In this document: positions 27,794 to 38,426 of the stretch, in pieces | Layout of the letters: each line of letters opens with the position of its first letter | Numbering within the stretch: the first letter of the stretch is position 1 | DNA from: Patescibacteria group bacterium | GTDB lineage: Bacteria > Patescibacteriota > Dojkabacteria > J137 | Assembly: GCA_016861265.1 (NCBI GenBank) | Contig: BOLA01000001.1 | Coordinates: 523,569 to 587,568, forward strand | Reading direction: 5' to 3' | Length of the DNA stretch: 64,000 nt | Translations under genes and position numbers: made by a program | Notes under the pieces: generated by a model | The model's database searches: none | Told to the model about the DNA's origin: nothing | Seen by the model: the letters and a program-made list of their open reading frames with translations, nothing else

Positions 27794-30016
27794 TTATTCA
27801 CCCCTTAGACTTTGAATAAATGCATCTGCATCGGAGATTAAGACTTCTCTCGGCTTTGAACCATTTGCAGGTCCCACAACGCCCAACTCTTCAAGTTCTT
27901 CTAGTAAACTTGCAGCCCTATTAAAGCCAATTCGTAATCTTCTTTGTAAAAAGGAGGAAGATCCTTTTTGGCTGGCTACAACAATTCGTATTGCCTGTTC
28001 TAACATGTCGCCGGAATTTCCAAATTCACTTTCATCCATTCCGCCTTGTCCTTCTTCATTTTCCGGAGCCTGGTTGGCAATAATTTCGTTAACGTATTCT
28101 ACTTCTGGAGCTTGTGATTTTAGGAAGTCCACAATGTGAATAACTTCTTGTTGATCAATAAATGAACTTTGCAATCTGCTTGATTTTGGCTTGTCTGGAG
28201 CTTTATACAGCAAGTCTCCATAACCTAATAAGCTTTCAGCACCAATTCTATCTAGAATAACTCTAGAATCAGTAGAACTAGTTACGCTCATACCAATTCG
28301 ACCAGGAATATTAGCTTTAATAATACCTGTAATAACATTTACAGAAGGTCTTTGTGTTGCAAGAATTAAATGAATACCTACAGCTCTTGCTTTTTGGGCA
28401 AGTCTTACAATTGCCGTTTCAGCATCGACTTTGTTTGCAGTCATCATCATGTCCGCCATTTCGTCAATTACTATTACAATGTAAGGCATTGCTGCAAAAC
28501 CTTTCTTTTGGTTGTAACCTTGAATATTTCTAACTTGTTCTCTTGCTAAGTTCGAGTATCTAATTTCCATCTCCTTAACCGCCCACTGTAAAGCATTAAC
28601 AACTTGCTTCATGTCTGTAATTACGGGGGTTAGTAGGTGAGGAATGCCATTGTAATCCGAAAGTTCAACTTGTTTTGGGTCAACCAGAATGAATTTTACT
28701 TCGTCGGGGGTTTTCTTCATTAAAATAGATGCAATAAAGGAGTTTGTTAATACGGACTTACCTGAGCCTGTTGCTCCGGCAATTAACAAGTGAGGCATTT
28801 TCTGAATATCTGCAACAATTGAGCTTCCATCAATATTCTTTCCAATTGGAACGGGTAGAGCAAACTCATTCGTTTCCATTTCGTCAGATTCCATAATTTC
28901 CTTAAATCTAACCATATCTCTTTTTGATCTAGGCATTTCAATTCCTAAATATGTAGTTTCTGGAATAGACTCAATTCTAACTGCCTTTGAATCAACTCCT
29001 AGAGCTAGTGCAATGTTTTCACTTAATGTCGCAACTTTTGCAACTTTAATTCCTAATGGAATATTTAAAGCATATTGAATAACTGACGGACCAATAAATG
29101 AGTCTTCAACTTTTGCTTCTATTCCAAAACTTGCTAATATTTGTTCAATTATTCTTGCGTTTTGATCTATTGCCGGTTCATGAGCTTTTGCTTTCTTATA
29201 AGGAATTAATAGACTCAATGGTGGAAGTTTCCAACCAGGATATTTTAGATCATCTTGTTTTAATCCATCTTCGCCAAGTTCTCCTTCTTTTATTTCAACA
29301 TTACTATCACTTTGAACTCTTTTAACGGGTAGAGGTCTAATTGGCTCATCGTCGTCATCATCGTCTTTTCTTTTTTCAGGTAATGTTTTTTTGTGTCTAA
29401 TTAAATCGTTAAAATCACCAAGCCTTGCTGCTTTCTCCGGAACAACAGGTTCTTTTATATCTTCATCAGACTTTTCTCTGTTAAATAGAAAGTTATAGGC
29501 CTTTGCGATCCAACCTAGGAATGTCGCAATCTTATCTATTATTTCGCTTACGCTCATCGATATTGCAATTGGTGCGACTATTAGAACTGCGAGTAATAGA
29601 ATTATTCTTGTTCCTGAATCTACAGGAAATGAACTACCGAAAATGTTCTGCACTATAAATCTCCCGACAATTCCGCCCAACCCCTGTTCTCCACGATTAA
29701 GTTCTCTTTCACTTGTTGCAAAAGCCGTAAGTAGTGCAGGAATTAAAAAAACTAGAATACCTTGTGCTACAAGACTTTTAGTAGAAGTGAACGGTAGTTT
29801 ACTTCCTAGAAAGTGAATTCCTAACGAGAATAAAAATATTACAGTTATAACCGTCGAAAATCCAAAAAATCCTCGTGCTTGTGTAAATAAGTTGTTTTGA
29901 TTATCTGTTAAAGAGAATAAAGTTATTAAAAAGAATATTCCCAGTAATAAACTTATTAAACCAATAACAGTAGAGGTTTCCCTACTATCGTAAGTTACGT
30001 GCTTTTTTCTGGCCAT
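27794..30016 (-). CDS. ftsK: DNA translocase FtsK/SpoIIIE
   Basis: N-terminal transmembrane segments, acidic linker, Walker A GATGSGKS and the gamma-domain winged helix at the C-terminus. Confidence 0.88.
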   Translation of the reverse strand: MARKKHVTYDSRETSTVIGLISLLLGIFFLITLFSLTDNQNNLFTQARGFFGFSTVITVIFLFSLGIHFLGSKLPFTSTKSLVAQGILVFLIPALLTAFATSERELNRGEQGLGGIVGRFIVQNIFGSSFPVDSGTRIILLLAVLIVAPIAISMSVSEIIDKIATFLGWIAKAYNFLFNREKSDEDIKEPVVPEKAARLGDFNDLIRHKKTLPEKRKDDDDDDEPIRPLPVKRVQSDSNVEIKEGELGEDGLKQDDLKYPGWKLPPLSLLIPYKKAKAHEPAIDQNARIIEQILASFGIEAKVEDSFIGPSVIQYALNIPLGIKVAKVATLSENIALALGVDSKAVRIESIPETTYLGIEMPRSKRDMVRFKEIMESDEMETNEFALPVPIGKNIDGSSIVADIQKMPHLLIAGATGSGKSVLTNSFIASILMKKTPDEVKFILVDPKQVELSDYNGIPHLLTPVITDMKQVVNALQWAVKEMEIRYSNLAREQVRNIQGYNQKKGFAAMPYIVIVIDEMADMMMTANKVDAETAIVRLAQKARAVGIHLILATQRPSVNVITGIIKANIPGRIGMSVTSSTDSRVILDRIGAESLLGYGDLLYKAPDKPKSSRLQSSFIDQQEVIHIVDFLKSQAPEVEYVNEIIANQAPENEEGQGGMDESEFGNSGDMLEQAIRIVVASQKGSSSFLQRRLRIGFNRAASLLEELEELGVVGPANGSKPREVLISDADAFIQSLRGE

Positions 30017-30120
30017 GTATAATGAAATAACGTCTTTAAGTCCATTCTATCATAGATTACAAGCAAAAAAACAAGTGCATTTATAAAACTGAATTCAAAA
30101 TAAATGCTAATATTTACTAT

Positions 30121-30915
30121 ATGAAAGTAATGGATAAAGAAACAAAATTTGCTCATCTAGGAAAACCGGGAAGTGTATTTTCAATGGGTTTTGCAAGAAG
30201 ACTGGATTTAATTGAATCAAGAATTGATTTACATAATAAAGTATTTTTGGATATGGGCTGTGGTGAAGGAGTATGGTTAAGGGAATTTGCAAAGTTAAGT
30301 ACTCCGGGTAACGTTTACGGAAGTGAGTACGATAATGAACAAGTTCTATCAATACACAAAAGACTATCACAGGCATCCGAAGAGGAACGAAAATCAGATA
30401 AATTCTTACAAATTCCCTTAAATAACATTAGAAATTGTCCTGGAGAAAGTCTGGATTTCAAAGATGACTTCTTTGATATAGTTTTTCACAACGAAGTATT
30501 AGAACATGTGCAAGATGATGTAGAAACATTAAGAGAATGTTTTCGTGTATTAGACAAGGATGGTTACATGGTATTTTTTACTCCAAACAGAGGATGGCCC
30601 TTTGAAACACACGGTATGTTTTTAAAAGGGAAGTATTACTGGGGAAATATTCCATTTTTACCATGGATGCCAAATTTCATATACAAAAAATTTGCACCTC
30701 ATGTAAGAAATTATTCGAATGGAGATATTAAGAGATTAATAAAGCAGTCAGGAGGAGAGATTGTTTACCATTCGCATGTGTTTTCCGGATTTGATGGTTT
30801 GGTAAATAGATTTGGTTTCTTTGGAAGACTTGTACAAGGATTTTTTCACGCTATAGAAAAAACTCCTCTAAACTTTTTTGGAATAAGTCACTTTGTAATT
30901 GCTAAAAAAGTTTAA
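30121..30915 (+). CDS. class I SAM-dependent methyltransferase
   Basis: Motif I LDMGCGEG and a later post-I acidic motif (DIVFHNEVLEH). Confidence 0.7.
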   Translation: MKVMDKETKFAHLGKPGSVFSMGFARRLDLIESRIDLHNKVFLDMGCGEGVWLREFAKLSTPGNVYGSEYDNEQVLSIHKRLSQASEEERKSDKFLQIPLNNIRNCPGESLDFKDDFFDIVFHNEVLEHVQDDVETLRECFRVLDKDGYMVFFTPNRGWPFETHGMFLKGKYYWGNIPFLPWMPNFIYKKFAPHVRNYSNGDIKRLIKQSGGEIVYHSHVFSGFDGLVNRFGFFGRLVQGFFHAIEKTPLNFFGISHFVIAKKV

Positions 30916-31643
30916 TTGTCCTTTTTCCAATTACCCCATTCCCCGTAATATTTCTGTGCATGTTTTTCAAGGTGTTTTTTAAATATGACACCTGCGCTGC
31001 CAAGAACCATCATTCCTAAAAACCCTCCAATTAGCATTTTTACAATTCCGTTGTTCAGATATCGGCGCTCAGAATGACTAAACGTAGTCTTCAATACTCC
31101 AAATTTCAGTTTCAATTTTTTTGCCTTACGAATAATTTCTTGATCTTCGGTAATTCTCATTTGTTCGTTGAATCCTCCTATTTTTATAAATGCTTCTCGT
31201 GTAAAAAATAATGTTGCACCAGTAGCCATCGCAATTGGAGTTTTTTCTCTAATCTTAAAGGAGGTATTGGTAGCAATATTATGTACATTCTGCGAAACCA
31301 GTTTTGAATCAATTGCAAACATCGAACATGCTAGATCTAATTTTCTTTTATTAAATTCCTTTAGTGATTTTTCTAAAAATTCAGAATTAAAGGTGATGTC
31401 CGCATCTAGAAAAAGTAAGTAATCTCCTTTGGATTCCTTAAAGCCATTATTTCTTCCCACACTCTGAATCCCACCTCTTACTACTCTTGCTCCCCATAGT
31501 CTGGCAAGTTCTGCAGTGCTATCTGTAGAATTCGCATCGGCAACAATTACTTCAAAATCTTTATATGTCTGAATTCTCAACGCATCTAACAGTTGAGGAA
31601 GAAAAGCTTCCTCGTTTAGAGCAGGGATTATTATTGAAATCAT
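30912..31643 (-). CDS. glycosyltransferase family 2
   Basis: MISIIIPALNEE...FLDAD (DxD) in the GT-A fold. Confidence 0.75.
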   Translation of the reverse strand: MISIIIPALNEEAFLPQLLDALRIQTYKDFEVIVADANSTDSTAELARLWGARVVRGGIQSVGRNNGFKESKGDYLLFLDADITFNSEFLEKSLKEFNKRKLDLACSMFAIDSKLVSQNVHNIATNTSFKIREKTPIAMATGATLFFTREAFIKIGGFNEQMRITEDQEIIRKAKKLKLKFGVLKTTFSHSERRYLNNGIVKMLIGGFLGMMVLGSAGVIFKKHLEKHAQKYYGEWGNWKKDN

Positions 31644-31754
31644 TTTCTATAGTTTACTTTTATGGATAATATCACATTCAACTTTTTATTTTCCCTTTTT
31701 AAATTAATTTAATAAAGACCAAAAATGTTAAGATTTTAGGATTAGAAATTTTAT

Positions 31755-32864
31755 ATGAAAAAGAAAAAAATATTAATTGTGCTTGCTGATGTTGGCAATG
31801 GTCATAGATCCGCAGCAAACGCACTAACTAAGGCTTTTGAAAAGATTGACCACCAGGAATATGAGTTAAAGACTATAGATTTATTTGCCCTAGCAGATGT
31901 TCAACCCTTTAATTCATCTGATGATACATATTCCCTTGTGTCCAAGAACCAGGTATTTGAGGAAGTAAATAATTTCTTTTTTAGATTTTTTAATACTCAT
32001 TTCGGATTTTCCTTGTTTACATCTTATACATTAAGCTTTATGCAGAAGGAGTGTACTAAGATTATAGAAGAAGAAGATCCTGATATAGTTGTTTCGGTAC
32101 ATCCTATTGTAAGTATAATTATTTCCTCTATACATAGAATTGACGAAAGTAAATTTAAATACATTAATGTGATTACAGATTTGGTAACTTTATTTAAAGG
32201 TTGGGCAGATAAATATGCTGACTTAACATTCTCACCTACAGAGGAAGCCTACAACCTTTTGTTAGAATTAGGACTAGATAAGAAAAAGATAATAAGTCCT
32301 TTGTTCCCTATTAACCCTGATATGGAACGAGTACGACAAGAAGATATAATTTTAAAAGAGTTAAATTTTGAAACTTCCAACCCCATAATAACCCTTACAG
32401 GTGGGGGAGTAGGTACTGAGTCTTTAAGAAAAGCAATTAGTAAGATTGTAGATAGAAAGGACTTTAACTTAATTGTGATTTGTGGAAAATCAGAATCATT
32501 AAAAGAGGAACTCACCCAAAGATACATACATAATAAAAGCGTTAAAGTACTTGGCTATGTTAACAATATACAAGACTATTTTTCAGTATCTGACATAATA
32601 ATAACTAAGCCGGGTCCTGCCACAATACTCGAAATTCAGCTCTTCAAGAAAAAGGCAATCCTTACAAAGCCAATTGGAGAACAGGAAAAAGGTAATATAG
32701 GTTTCGCGTTGCAAGATCCAAATTTTAAGTATATTGGTAAAAATTGGGATTTATTAAACGAAAGTATTGATCATTTAAAAGAAATTCATATTACTTCGGG
32801 TAATACGAGTAGAAGCTTTAACGAGGCAGAGACAATAATGAAGAAAATCTTAGGTTTGGATTAA
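31755..32864 (+). CDS. MGDG-synthase-like glycosyltransferase (GT28/UgtP-like)
   Basis: N-terminal ILIVLADVGNGHRSAANAL motif of MGDG_synth / processive diacylglycerol glycosyltransferases. Confidence 0.6.
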   Translation: MKKKKILIVLADVGNGHRSAANALTKAFEKIDHQEYELKTIDLFALADVQPFNSSDDTYSLVSKNQVFEEVNNFFFRFFNTHFGFSLFTSYTLSFMQKECTKIIEEEDPDIVVSVHPIVSIIISSIHRIDESKFKYINVITDLVTLFKGWADKYADLTFSPTEEAYNLLLELGLDKKKIISPLFPINPDMERVRQEDIILKELNFETSNPIITLTGGGVGTESLRKAISKIVDRKDFNLIVICGKSESLKEELTQRYIHNKSVKVLGYVNNIQDYFSVSDIIITKPGPATILEIQLFKKKAILTKPIGEQEKGNIGFALQDPNFKYIGKNWDLLNESIDHLKEIHITSGNTSRSFNEAETIMKKILGLD

Positions 32865-32922
32865 GAAATTTATAGGTATAGGCTATAATTATATACCGTA
32901 AAGTAAATGGAGGGTTGCGAAA

Positions 32923-33273
32923 ATGGTTCCCGTGCTGGTAGTCGGTATGCCGAACGAATGGAGAACTAAGCCAGATAGGAGACGTTCACCTGGTTTCTTG
33001 CTTGAAAGAGCCGGAGGAACTTATCTTGGTAGTGTTACCTGCGGGGATGAGAAATCCCAAGTAGAGTACACAATGCTAATTTCTCCTCAATCAGATATAC
33101 TGCTGTTCGCCTCGAATATCGACAACGGTGGAGGATTTGCCAACGAAGAAGATATATGTAGGCATTACAAAACAGCAAAGCAAGTTTGGGATAACGCATG
33201 TAATACAATCCCCATGCCACCTATCGACGATTGTCGATATCACTGGCAGGGCTGGGTTACCAATAATCTGTAG
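32923..33273 (+). CDS. compositionally atypical (GC-rich) 116-aa ORF that may instead be a structured ncRNA
   Basis: Promoter-like TATAAT at 32884-32889, Shine-Dalgarno GGAGG 9 nt before the ATG, terminator hairpin at 33286-33308. GC is far above the flanking sequence and codon usage is unlike neighbouring genes. Confidence 0.3.
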   Translation: MVPVLVVGMPNEWRTKPDRRRSPGFLLERAGGTYLGSVTCGDEKSQVEYTMLISPQSDILLFASNIDNGGGFANEEDICRHYKTAKQVWDNACNTIPMPPIDDCRYHWQGWVTNNL

Positions 33274-33285
33274 ACTCAGTCGAAA

Positions 33286-33308
33286 GGAGCAGTAAAGCTG
33301 CTCCTTTT
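33286..33308 (+). terminator. rho-independent terminator (ggagcag taaa gctgctcc TTTT)
   Basis: 7-8 bp GC-rich stem followed by a T-run. Confidence 0.6.
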
Positions 33309-33367
33309 GATTAACTTTTTACTTTATCACTTCACTAACTAGACTGCTAGCTGATATAATTTTAACT

Positions 33368-34462
33368 ATGTCAAAAAGAGATTATTACGAAGTACTTGGG
33401 GTATCAAAAAGTGCATCCAAGGAAGAATTAAAAAAAACATATAGAGCCTTGGTAAAAAAGTATCATCCTGATAGGAATAAAGAGGCAGATGCTGAAGCAA
33501 AATTCAAGGAAGTTCAGGAAGCCTACGAAATTCTTAGTGACGACCAAAAAAGAAAAGCATACGATCAATATGGTTTTGCAGGTACACAGGCTTTTGGAGG
33601 AACTCAAGGTGGTTTTGGTAATTTCCAGGGATTCGAAGGCTTTCAAGGCGGTCTAGGGGGTGGCTTTGAGGATCTATTAGGCAGCTTTTTTGGATCATCT
33701 TTTGGAGGTTTTGGTGGTAATGGCCAAAATGAGCAACGTGATAATCGAGGTGCTGATCTGGAATTCACAGTCCAAGTTGAATTCAGTGAAGCTATTTTTG
33801 GAACAAATAAATCTGTAAATTATCAACGAAATGTTAGGTGTGAAGTTTGTAAAGGAAGTGGTGCTAAAAATGGAAAAAAGAAGAAATGTACAACGTGTGA
33901 AGGAAAAGGAAAAGTTGTACAGGTTCAAAATACTTTATTGGGGCGAATGCAGATTGTAAATACATGTCCAACCTGTCACGGAAGCGGTGAAATGATTGAA
34001 GAAAAATGTCCTAATTGTAAAGGTGATGGGTTAATTAATAAAAAGGAAGAATTTAGTCTGAAGATTCCTGCTGGAATTCCGGATGGAGTAACCCTAAGAT
34101 TTACTGGACAGGGAAACTATGGAAAGAATGGAGGAGAACCAGGTGATCTATTTGTTACAGTCGAAGTAAAATCACATAAAGTCCTAGAAAGACGAGGAGA
34201 TGATATTTACATGGATAAAGAAATAGATGTTGTTACTGCAGTACTTGGGGGAGAGGTGGAGGTCCCAACCGTCCATGGCGATGTTTTTGTTAGTGTACCC
34301 GCAGGAACGCAAAGTGAACAAGTTCTTAGACTAAAGTCAAAAGGTGGCCCAAAGTTCAGAGGAAGTGGCAATGGTGACCAATTTGTTAAGATAATTGTCA
34401 AAGTTCCACAGAAGTTAAGCTCTAAACAGAAAAAAATCTGGGAAGAACTTAAGAATAGTTGA
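33368..34462 (+). CDS. dnaJ: chaperone DnaJ
   Basis: J domain (HPD in YHPDRNK), G/F-rich linker, four CxxCxGxG zinc-finger repeats and a C-terminal substrate-binding domain. Confidence 0.92.
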   Translation: MSKRDYYEVLGVSKSASKEELKKTYRALVKKYHPDRNKEADAEAKFKEVQEAYEILSDDQKRKAYDQYGFAGTQAFGGTQGGFGNFQGFEGFQGGLGGGFEDLLGSFFGSSFGGFGGNGQNEQRDNRGADLEFTVQVEFSEAIFGTNKSVNYQRNVRCEVCKGSGAKNGKKKKCTTCEGKGKVVQVQNTLLGRMQIVNTCPTCHGSGEMIEEKCPNCKGDGLINKKEEFSLKIPAGIPDGVTLRFTGQGNYGKNGGEPGDLFVTVEVKSHKVLERRGDDIYMDKEIDVVTAVLGGEVEVPTVHGDVFVSVPAGTQSEQVLRLKSKGGPKFRGSGNGDQFVKIIVKVPQKLSSKQKKIWEELKNS

Positions 34463-34591
34463 GTTTTGTGAACACCCATACAGTATGGCGTTTCACGATT
34501 CGTTTGACAAAAAAGAATTTAGCTAAATATAATGGATTTATCACAAATTTTTAGAGATTAAAAATTTTCAATAGCCATTAAGTAGTTAAAT

Positions 34592-35362
34592 ATGATTGAC
34601 CTAAACGATGTTTGTGGTCTTCCAATTCAATTCGATAACGATAATTCTACATTTGTTTTATCGCAAGATTTAGACTGCGAAGGCGAGTATAAGGTTAGAC
34701 TTTCCGAGATTGTTCCAGTACTTCTGAATAAATATCTTAAATATCCAGAAATTGTTTATACCCATAGAAAAAATATTACAATTCGCGGTGTAGATTATGA
34801 AGGAGTTAGCTATGATTTAATACACATACCATTCGGACTTTTAGGAATAGAATACATGAAAACCCATGTATATTATTCGGACGAAGTTCCAGGCAAGTAC
34901 GACTGTATAGTGGAGGTACTACAAGGCGAACTAACTGCAATAATGCAAAAAAATCAAGACAAGGAAGATGAGTGGCAATTTGACACAGGAGTGGAGGATT
35001 TATCTATTATTGTTTTAAGAAAGGGCCACAAGCTTGCCATTCCTACAGGGTATTTCTACACTTTTGTAAATACTGGTTCGGTTCCATTGATTATATCCAA
35101 GGTTTCTGCAATTAATAAAAAATCAACCATTGATTACAATATCCTTAAAAGGGAAAAGGGGTTAGCTTGCTATATAATTTCAAAGAATGCAAAAATTGAG
35201 ACAGTCGCAAATCCCAAGTACAAAGTATCTACAAAGCTGAAAGCAACAGGGATAGGTACTTTTATTGATAAAAAATCTCAGGATGAATCTCAAAAACAAA
35301 TTTTCAAAACTAAGGATCCACTTGCTAAAATGTTGAGTAAAGTTCGATCTTTTGTTCTGTAA
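34592..35362 (+). CDS. hypothetical protein
   Basis: 256-aa ORF. Confidence 0.5.
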   Translation: MIDLNDVCGLPIQFDNDNSTFVLSQDLDCEGEYKVRLSEIVPVLLNKYLKYPEIVYTHRKNITIRGVDYEGVSYDLIHIPFGLLGIEYMKTHVYYSDEVPGKYDCIVEVLQGELTAIMQKNQDKEDEWQFDTGVEDLSIIVLRKGHKLAIPTGYFYTFVNTGSVPLIISKVSAINKKSTIDYNILKREKGLACYIISKNAKIETVANPKYKVSTKLKATGIGTFIDKKSQDESQKQIFKTKDPLAKMLSKVRSFVL

Positions 35363-36092
35363 TTTAAAATTTGTGAATATAGAAATCAAAATACAATTCA
35401 GCGCTTTAAATCTCCTTATACTCCTCAATCTTGTTATATTTGTAATTGCATTTTTATTAAATAGTTCAGTAGGTTTTGATAATAATCTTTTCTATTTAAT
35501 GGGAGGACAGGTCACTTCAAGAATTACTGCAGGGAGTTTGTGGCTTTTAGTTACTGCAAATTTTTTTCATATTGAATTACTACATTTTGTTTTCAATATT
35601 ATTTCTTTATACAGAATTGGTCAGCTAGTTGAATATTATTACGACAGTAAAAAACTATTTACGGTATATGTGTTGGGTGGAGTTGGTGGTGTATTGCTAT
35701 CTTACTTAACATCTCTTATTTTCCATCAAAATGTATTTTCTTTGGGAGCATCTGCAAGTATTTTTGCTTTAGTGGGAATGCTATTAGGCGGAACATTCAG
35801 GAGAAATAGATTCGGAAGGGATTTACCATTCAGTACAACTGATTTGTTACCATTTGTCTTGATAGCATTCGTTTTTGGATTCATGCCGGGGTTGAACATT
35901 AATAATTGGGCACATTTGGGAGGTTTATTAACAGGGATTATTCTAGGTTTAGTAATTCCCAACTCCTTAACCCGATCTACAAACAATTTCGAAAATTACA
36001 CAATTAAATTCCTATTTTGGATTTCCATGATAATATTTATATTATCTTACGGAGCATTAATATTTAATGCCTATAACCTTCTTATTAAATAA
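35352..36092 (+). CDS. rhomboid-family intramembrane serine protease
   Basis: GASASIFALVGM (GxSG catalytic Ser) and AHLGG (catalytic His). 6 transmembrane segments. Confidence 0.7.
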   Translation: MFCNLKFVNIEIKIQFSALNLLILLNLVIFVIAFLLNSSVGFDNNLFYLMGGQVTSRITAGSLWLLVTANFFHIELLHFVFNIISLYRIGQLVEYYYDSKKLFTVYVLGGVGGVLLSYLTSLIFHQNVFSLGASASIFALVGMLLGGTFRRNRFGRDLPFSTTDLLPFVLIAFVFGFMPGLNINNWAHLGGLLTGIILGLVIPNSLTRSTNNFENYTIKFLFWISMIIFILSYGALIFNAYNLLIK

Positions 36093-36094
36093 GT

Positions 36095-37447
36095 ATGAAA
36101 GGATTTTTAGAAATTTATTTTAAAAGACCTATTAAGAGGTTCTTTCATGTTGTTCAGTCACAGACTGAATCGGTAAAACTTAAAAGTCCTTCAAGAAATT
36201 TAAAGTTAATTGCAGTTACAGGTACATCGGGAAAATCAACGACCTCAAGTATGATTTTTCATATTTTAAAAAATAGCGGATACAAAACTGGACTTATATC
36301 AACTGTAGAAGCAGTAGCCGGAGATAAAAAAATTGATACCGGATTGCACGTAACAACCCCCGATGCTAAGCAATTACAACAATTGTTAAGAATAATGGTG
36401 GACGAAGGTATGGAGTATGTTGTTATTGAAACATCTTCACATGCACTGGCACAAGGTAGATTAGGTCTGTTACAACTAGACTTTGCAGTATTTACCAATA
36501 TTAAAAGAGATCATTTAGATTGGCATGGAACTTGGGAAAATTATGCCAAGGCAAAGGCTGGTTTAATTAATAAATTAAAGTCGACAGGAAAAATTGTTTT
36601 AAATAAAGACGATAAACAATCTTATGATTATTTAAGGCACTATTACTATTCCTTGGCAAAAAGCCCAGCTAATTTTATTGAATATACAAAGAATTCAGAA
36701 GTGAGCAATATTAAAAGCAGTATAGAAGGACTTAATTTTGATTATCAAGATGTTAAGTTTAGCGTTCCAATTATTGGTGAATATAATATTGAAAATTTAA
36801 TTGCTGCTGTAAAAACAGCAGAGTTAATAGGAATTTCGGCAGAAACTGCAGCTAAAGCATTGAATTCTTTTAAAGGGGTTAAAGGTAGAATGGAAGTTCT
36901 ACAAACAAAACCCTTTGGTGTAATTGTAGATTTTGCACACAATACCGACTCGCTAGAAAAGTCTCTTCAATCTGTTCGAAGCATGAATGGAGTGAAAAAT
37001 ATAATTTCTGTTTTTGGTTCTGCGGGCTTAAGAGATAAGGAAAAAAGATTTACTATGGGAGAAGCTGCAGCAAAACTCAGCAATATAGTTGTGGCCACGA
37101 GTGAAGATCCTAGAACAGAAAGTCTTTTTGAAATTAATACTAAAATAATAGAGGGTGCAACTCAATCAGGTGCAAAACTTGTAAAACGTTTTTCAAATCA
37201 CCAGGATTACCTGGAGTATATTAAAGATACTAAAAACTTAGAACTATCTGAGGATAAATTGGTATTCGCATTTGACCAGGAAACCGTAGACTCAAGATTC
37301 GATGCCATAGATTTTGCCTTAAGAATAGCAAAGGAAGGCGATATTGTAATTACACAGGGTAAAGGACACGAACAATCGCTCTGTTTTGGAACTACTGAAT
37401 ATCCATTTACTGATCAAGAAGCTGTTGGTAGAGCATTAGCTAAATAA
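36095..37447 (+). CDS. Mur ligase family protein (MurE/MurT-like)
   Basis: ATP-binding IAVTGTSGKSTTS and the Mur ligase middle and C-terminal domains. Confidence 0.6.
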   Translation: MKGFLEIYFKRPIKRFFHVVQSQTESVKLKSPSRNLKLIAVTGTSGKSTTSSMIFHILKNSGYKTGLISTVEAVAGDKKIDTGLHVTTPDAKQLQQLLRIMVDEGMEYVVIETSSHALAQGRLGLLQLDFAVFTNIKRDHLDWHGTWENYAKAKAGLINKLKSTGKIVLNKDDKQSYDYLRHYYYSLAKSPANFIEYTKNSEVSNIKSSIEGLNFDYQDVKFSVPIIGEYNIENLIAAVKTAELIGISAETAAKALNSFKGVKGRMEVLQTKPFGVIVDFAHNTDSLEKSLQSVRSMNGVKNIISVFGSAGLRDKEKRFTMGEAAAKLSNIVVATSEDPRTESLFEINTKIIEGATQSGAKLVKRFSNHQDYLEYIKDTKNLELSEDKLVFAFDQETVDSRFDAIDFALRIAKEGDIVITQGKGHEQSLCFGTTEYPFTDQEAVGRALAK

Positions 37448-37490
37448 TCAGTACACTTCGTTGTCGGCTTATTAATTCCAGTGTACACTA

Positions 37491-38426
37491 TTGTCATACT
37501 CGTTATTTTCAAATATGAAATCTCTAAACTCCCAAATTCAAAAATACAAACGTCTAGTACTAGTCCTTGTGATTATTGTAATTATAATGGCAGGATTATT
37601 AATAACAGTTAACAACAGAAGATCGGCTAAAGCAGACCTAACTGTGGAAACAGTAAAACTCCGAGATGTTGAAAAGAAAGTTTCTGCAGATGGCTTTGTT
37701 GAAGGTGCAGATAAAAGAGTTGTATTTTTTACTCCAAATTTAAAGGTTACCGAAGTTAGATTCAAAGTAGGTGATCAAGTAAATCAAGATGATGTCTTAG
37801 CAGTATTAACAACAAACGATGGTCGAAATATTAATACAGAAGTTAAAGCACCCATTGCAGGTATTATTACTGAATACAACTACAAACAAAATGATATTGT
37901 GAGTTCAGTTAATTCTGCCGGAGTTTCAATTGTGGATAAATCTTCTTACAAGATTGAACTACTTGTTAATGAAAACGATATTGTAGACTTAAAGCAAGGT
38001 CAAAAAGCAAAGATTCTTTACTCGGCAATTTCGGTTGAAGACGAATTTGACGGTGAGGTAGAAACAGTTTATCCCGATGCGACATCTGAAAGTGCTGCCG
38101 TAAGTTACAAGGTAATTATAAAGCCTACTGCTGTACCTGAATTCTTAAAGTTAGGTATGTCTGCCAGCGTGGTAATAACTACTGCAACTGCAGAAAATGT
38201 TTTATCTGTACCTGAAAGCTATATTGTTGAAAAGGAAGATAAAAAATTCCTTAAATTCTTAACATGGAATGATTCTGAAAAAACGACTTACCAGATTAAC
38301 GAAAAAGAAGTTACAACAGGATTGTCTACGGATGAATATGTAGAAATTAAATCAGGTGTAAACGAAGGAGATGAAATTGTCGAGCCTAATTTTGAACCGA
38401 CAAGAATTAGTATTTTCGGAAGATGA
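37491..38426 (+). CDS. efflux transporter periplasmic adaptor subunit (HlyD/MacA-like)
   Basis: N-terminal transmembrane helix, then biotinyl/lipoyl-like and beta-barrel segments. Upstream of ABC ATPase and permease genes. Confidence 0.6.
   Translation: MSYSLFSNMKSLNSQIQKYKRLVLVLVIIVIIMAGLLITVNNRRSAKADLTVETVKLRDVEKKVSADGFVEGADKRVVFFTPNLKVTEVRFKVGDQVNQDDVLAVLTTNDGRNINTEVKAPIAGIITEYNYKQNDIVSSVNSAGVSIVDKSSYKIELLVNENDIVDLKQGQKAKILYSAISVEDEFDGEVETVYPDATSESAAVSYKVIIKPTAVPEFLKLGMSASVVITTATAENVLSVPESYIVEKEDKKFLKFLTWNDSEKTTYQINEKEVTTGLSTDEYVEIKSGVNEGDEIVEPNFEPTRISIFGR

Noticed and set aside
32897-33308. RNase P RNA or tmRNA identity for the GC-rich unit upstream of dnaJ
   Set aside because: The universally conserved P4 strands (AAAGUCCGGGC / ACAGAACCCGGCUUA-type) are absent. 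No tRNA-like T-arm/acceptor pairing and no tag peptide ending in a hydrophobic AA* could be found.
33368-34462. CIRCE/HrcA operator upstream of dnaJ
   Set aside because: No TTAGCACTC-N9-GAGTGCTAA-like inverted repeat is present in 33293-33367 or within the upstream unit.
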